This document shows positions 60,956-64,000 of a DNA stretch of 64,000 nt, one piece after another; the stretch's first letter is position 1; every line of letters begins with the position of its first letter. The notes beneath the pieces are model-generated. The model searched no databases, had not been told where the DNA came from, and saw only the letters and a list, made by a program, of their open reading frames with translations. Source of the DNA: an uncultured Gammaproteobacteria bacterium (lineage in GTDB: Bacteria > Patescibacteriota > Microgenomatia > Levybacterales > UBA12049); NCBI GenBank assembly GCA_964571255.1, contig CAZNAA010000001.1:359674-423673 (forward strand). Direction: 5' to 3'. Position numbers and translations under genes: made by a program.

Positions 60956-61696
60956 ATGAAAGTATCGGTTGTCATCCCGATGTATAACGAAGAAAAATAC
61001 ATCTCGCTTTGCTTAGACAGTGTACTTAATCAAGAAGAAATGCCAGATGAGGTTATTGTTGTTGATAACAATTCTAAAGATAGATGCGTTGCAATTGCTT
61101 CTCGCTTCCCTGTTACCGTAATAAATGAAAAGAAACAAGGAATGATTCCTGCTAGAAATGCAGGTTTTAACGCAGCACAACACGAAATTATTGCTCGATG
61201 TGATGCAGATACTAGAGTTCCTACAGATTGGATTAAACTCATTAAAGAAAATGTGATAAAAGGAAAAGCAGATGCAGTCAGTGGTCCCCTCTTCTATGAC
61301 GACTTGCCTCTCCTCAAAAAACAGTCCATCCGAATGACTAAGTTCCATGCAAAAACCTTTAATCGAATTAAACATCACGATGTTCTTTTAGGACCTAATA
61401 TGGCACTCACCAAAGAGATGTGGCTTAAGATAAAAGACCATGTACGATTGGATGATAAAAAAGTGCATGAAGATCATGATCTGGCTATGCAAGTTGCAAA
61501 AGCCGGAGGAAAAATTAGATTTGACCCTACCCTTATCGTTGCAACCTCAAGTCGAAGAATAAAGAAAAATCCAGCCTCTTTCTTTATTGAATATCCAATA
61601 AGATTAGTTAAAACGATGCGATCAGATGATCCTGATATTGAAAACTATTTTAGACGAATGTACCGCTCCTTCCTTCTTCAAGAAATAGAAAAATAA
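60956..61696 (+). CDS. Glycosyltransferase family 2
   Basis: VIPMYNEE, VDNNSKD, RCDAD, HED, TSSRR. Confidence 0.9.
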   Translation: MKVSVVIPMYNEEKYISLCLDSVLNQEEMPDEVIVVDNNSKDRCVAIASRFPVTVINEKKQGMIPARNAGFNAAQHEIIARCDADTRVPTDWIKLIKENVIKGKADAVSGPLFYDDLPLLKKQSIRMTKFHAKTFNRIKHHDVLLGPNMALTKEMWLKIKDHVRLDDKKVHEDHDLAMQVAKAGGKIRFDPTLIVATSSRRIKKNPASFFIEYPIRLVKTMRSDDPDIENYFRRMYRSFLLQEIEK

Positions 61697-61713
61697 CTCT
61701 TAAAACGAGAATC

Positions 61714-61788
61714 GCACCCTCTTCGTTGTGACTTTCATCACGCAGATCTCCAGCAATGCTAGAGAGGACCAAAAGGTCCAGAGAGTGC
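61714..61788 (-). ncRNA. Predicted four-way-junction RNA structure 3' of cassette C
   Basis: Closing stem GCACTCTCT/AGAGGGTGC with hairpins GGACC/GGTCC, TCTCTAGC/GCTGGAGA and GTGA/TCAC. Confidence 0.6.
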
Positions 61789-61806
61789 ATTTCCCACACA
61801 ATGTTG

Positions 61807-61971
61807 TTACCAGATAGCGGCTCCCAGAGCAGCCATCGCGAAAGCTAAGGCGAGTGCTAAGCTTAGCACTGCCACTAAGCCTGTATCTTTTCGCCCTTTG
61901 TCTAGTGAAAAGACACAAAGACACAGGACAGTGAAAATAATCGAAATTACTCCAAATGCTCCAGCAAGCAT
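61807..61971 (-). CDS. Small membrane protein (54 aa, 2 TM), cassette C
   Basis: SD AAAGGAGG 4 nt before ATG; MLAGAFGVISIIFTVLCLCVFSLDKGRKDTGLVAVLSLALALAFAMAALGAAIW. Confidence 0.75.
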   Translation of the reverse strand: MLAGAFGVISIIFTVLCLCVFSLDKGRKDTGLVAVLSLALALAFAMAALGAAIW

Positions 61972-62060
61972 AACGCCTCCTTTAATTTTCACTTGGCACA
62001 GTTGCCAAAGCTAGGAATATAATTCCCACCTTTGGCATGGCCAAGTATGTATATGTAGTA

Positions 62061-62078
62061 ACAACTATTAATGCGCGA
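62061..62078 (-). promoter_or_regulatory. Conserved 18-nt leader motif, copy C
   Basis: Minus strand TCGCGCATTAATAGTTGT. Confidence 0.75.
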
Positions 62079-62141
62079 GATAAAATACTTGAGAAACAAG
62101 TTTAAACTGCAATTAGTCACCCCTATTTCAAAAGCAGATTA

Positions 62142-62170
62142 ATTATACGATAAATTCAGAATAATTTCAA
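62142..62170 (-). promoter_or_regulatory. sigma70-type promoter of cassette C
   Basis: Minus strand TTGAAA-N17-TATAAT. Confidence 0.65.
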
Positions 62171-62216
62171 ACTATAGGGTTAATTCTGGTTGACAAAGCT
62201 GTCTAAATGAAGAATA

Positions 62217-62804
62217 ATGAAATGCATGGAAGAAATTTCAATTTCAGAGATTCTCAAAAAAGTTTACCTCTTTTTTCTTGACGCACTCCAAACTATTCTT
62301 CTTGCTGCATCTGTATTTTTGGTTATCTATATTTTTCTTTTCCGTCCCTTTCAAGTGAGTGGAGAATCCATGTTTCCTACCTTTAAGAATAAAGAATATA
62401 TTTTAACTAACCTTATTACGATACGAATAAGTGAATTAAAAAAAGGTGATGTGATTGTTTTTCATGCACCAAATGATGATGAGAAAGATTATATAAAACG
62501 AGTCATGGGAACTGCGGGAGATGCTATTTTTCTTAGAGACGGAGATGTGTATGTCAATAATGAAAAGGTGGATGAATCAGCCTATCTTACAGGTGTTAAA
62601 ACGTATGGAGGCTCTTTTCTTCATGAAGGAGAAATTGTGAGAATTCCAGAAGGGCATTATTTTGTCATGGGAGATAATAGACCATTCAGTTCTGACTCAA
62701 GGGAATGGGGATTTCTTCCAAAAGAAGAAGTTATTGGAAAATCTTTCTTTGTCTACTGGCCATTTAACACCGCCCGTTTAGTCAAAAATCCATTTACTCA
62801 GTAA
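62217..62804 (+). CDS. lepB: Signal peptidase I
   Basis: VSGESMFPT, YIKRV, MGDNR..SSDSR.WG. Confidence 0.95.
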   Translation: MKCMEEISISEILKKVYLFFLDALQTILLAASVFLVIYIFLFRPFQVSGESMFPTFKNKEYILTNLITIRISELKKGDVIVFHAPNDDEKDYIKRVMGTAGDAIFLRDGDVYVNNEKVDESAYLTGVKTYGGSFLHEGEIVRIPEGHYFVMGDNRPFSSDSREWGFLPKEEVIGKSFFVYWPFNTARLVKNPFTQ

Positions 62805-62852
62805 CCTTTTTTTTCATATTCCATTTCTAAAATGCTTTGCTAAAATCAAACT

Positions 62853-63236
62853 ATGAAAATGAAACGTGTGGCGGGTATTGTATGTTATGTAAAGGATATT
62901 GAAAAAACTGCCGAATTTTATACATCACTTGGCTTTACTAAGGAGAAGCACGAACCAGATCACTTATCAATCCGTCTCAACTGGTTTTGGATCGATTTTC
63001 ATCCTCAAGATAAAGAAGACAAATTAGAATTTCAAAAAGAAGCAACACTTGCAAATAAAGGAGCCGGAATGTTTTTATACATTAGCGTTGAAGACGTAGA
63101 TACGTTCTATGAAGATGTTATTGCTAAAGGGCTAAACCCATCAAGTACACCTAGAGACTGGCCATGGGGAAATAGGGAATTTGTTCTGCGTGATCCAGAT
63201 GGGTATAAATTAGTATTCTTTAAAAAGAATAAATAA
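62853..63236 (+). CDS. VOC/glyoxalase family protein
   Basis: VKDIEKTAEFY, VEDVD, PWGNREF..RDPDG. Confidence 0.88.
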   Translation: MKMKRVAGIVCYVKDIEKTAEFYTSLGFTKEKHEPDHLSIRLNWFWIDFHPQDKEDKLEFQKEATLANKGAGMFLYISVEDVDTFYEDVIAKGLNPSSTPRDWPWGNREFVLRDPDGYKLVFFKKNK

Positions 63237-63242
63237 ATCTTC

Positions 63243-64000
63243 TTATTCTGCTTTTGTGAGCATATCGTGGATTTCTTTGAGCTTTCCTGTTGTTTTTTCG
63301 ATATCTCCCTTAACGATAAATGTCACTCGGGCTAGTTTACTTGATTGAAAAATAGCTACTTTATCAAAACTTAATCTTTCTTTCATATCTTTTGCCATTG
63401 CATCTTGCTCAGGTACCCATAATTTGTCATTAGGCTTAGCTGTAAGTCTGGTTGACATCTGAGCTTTCTCAATCTCCCCTTTCATTTGGCGAGCAATTTC
63501 TTCAGTTTCACGAACTGTAGCATTATCACGCAGGATTCTTTTAAAGACCTCAAGCATGAGCTTGGTATCTCCTAGAGATATAAGTGGACGAACGTGTCCC
63601 TCACTTATCACTCCAGCAACCAAAGCATCTTTAATCGCATCAGGAAGAGCTAGAAGTCTAATCGTATTTGAAACAGCCGGTGCACTCTTTCCAACACGTC
63701 TTGCTACTTCATTCGTTCCTAATCCAAACTCATCGATGAGACGCTTATAGGCAAGTGCTTTTTCAATCGGGTTTAAGTCTTCTCGTTGTACGTTTTCAAC
63801 AATTGCCATTTCTAACATTCCTTGAGGAGTGGTGTGCTTGATGATAACAGGAACTGTTGGAAATCCAAGAATTTTTGCAGCTCTCCAACGTCTTTCTCCA
63901 GCAATAATTTGATACCCTGCAGGAGTCTCAGCAACCACGAGTGGTTCAAGGATACCTTGTTCTCGAATAGATTCAACTAAATCGACTAATGATTCTTGAG
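63243..64000 (-). CDS. parB: ParB/Spo0J partition protein, 5' truncated by window edge
   Basis: IIAGERRWRAA, ENVQREDLNPIE, HTH. Confidence 0.94.
   Translation of the reverse strand, partial: QESLVDLVESIREQGILEPLVVAETPAGYQIIAGERRWRAAKILGFPTVPVIIKHTTPQGMLEMAIVENVQREDLNPIEKALAYKRLIDEFGLGTNEVARRVGKSAPAVSNTIRLLALPDAIKDALVAGVISEGHVRPLISLGDTKLMLEVFKRILRDNATVRETEEIARQMKGEIEKAQMSTRLTAKPNDKLWVPEQDAMAKDMKERLSFDKVAIFQSSKLARVTFIVKGDIEKTTGKLKEIHDMLTKAE

Noticed and set aside
61714-61788. tRNA gene or hammerhead ribozyme
   Set aside because: No D-loop GG, T-loop TTC or 7-nt anticodon loop; GTGATGAAAG does not provide the CTGANGA/GAAA hammerhead core.
61700-61924. 74-aa minus-strand ORF
   Set aside because: An alternative frame with no SD that runs through the RNA structure.

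Overview
This AT-rich window uses genetic code 11 and looks like a small-genome Patescibacteria/CPR chromosome, probably Microgenomates. That assignment is inferred from gene content, orphan genes and pervasive leaderless starts. It carries lower glycolysis (ppsA partial, eno, gpmI, pyk), an ABC-2 transporter, rsmI, divergent lexA/uvrB, rplS, pyrG, a tRNA-Gly-led ycaQ/deaminase/mazG unit, a LysM protein, tRNA-Asp, PolX-PHP, lemA-htpX, murT-gatD, an interrupted gatCAB, a degenerate GGDEF protein, dnaE, a full F1Fo operon, tRNA-Thr, a ~16 kb surface-glycan cluster, a Kelch/C39-like secreted protein, lepB, a VOC protein and partial parB. The main observation is three dispersed cassettes (about 14.6-15.2 kb +, 40.7-41.6 kb +, 61.7-62.2 kb -) that encode unrelated small membrane proteins but share one architecture. 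Each has a sigma70 promoter, then a conserved 18-nt boxA-like motif (TYGCRCWTTWAYAGTTGT) 58-69 nt past the -10 box, a long leader hairpin, an SD-led ORF, a strand at the stop codon that pairs back with the motif (with compensatory changes), and a GC-rich 3' structure. A collapsed remnant of one cassette lies just upstream of the atp operon. All pairings were read by eye, not computed.
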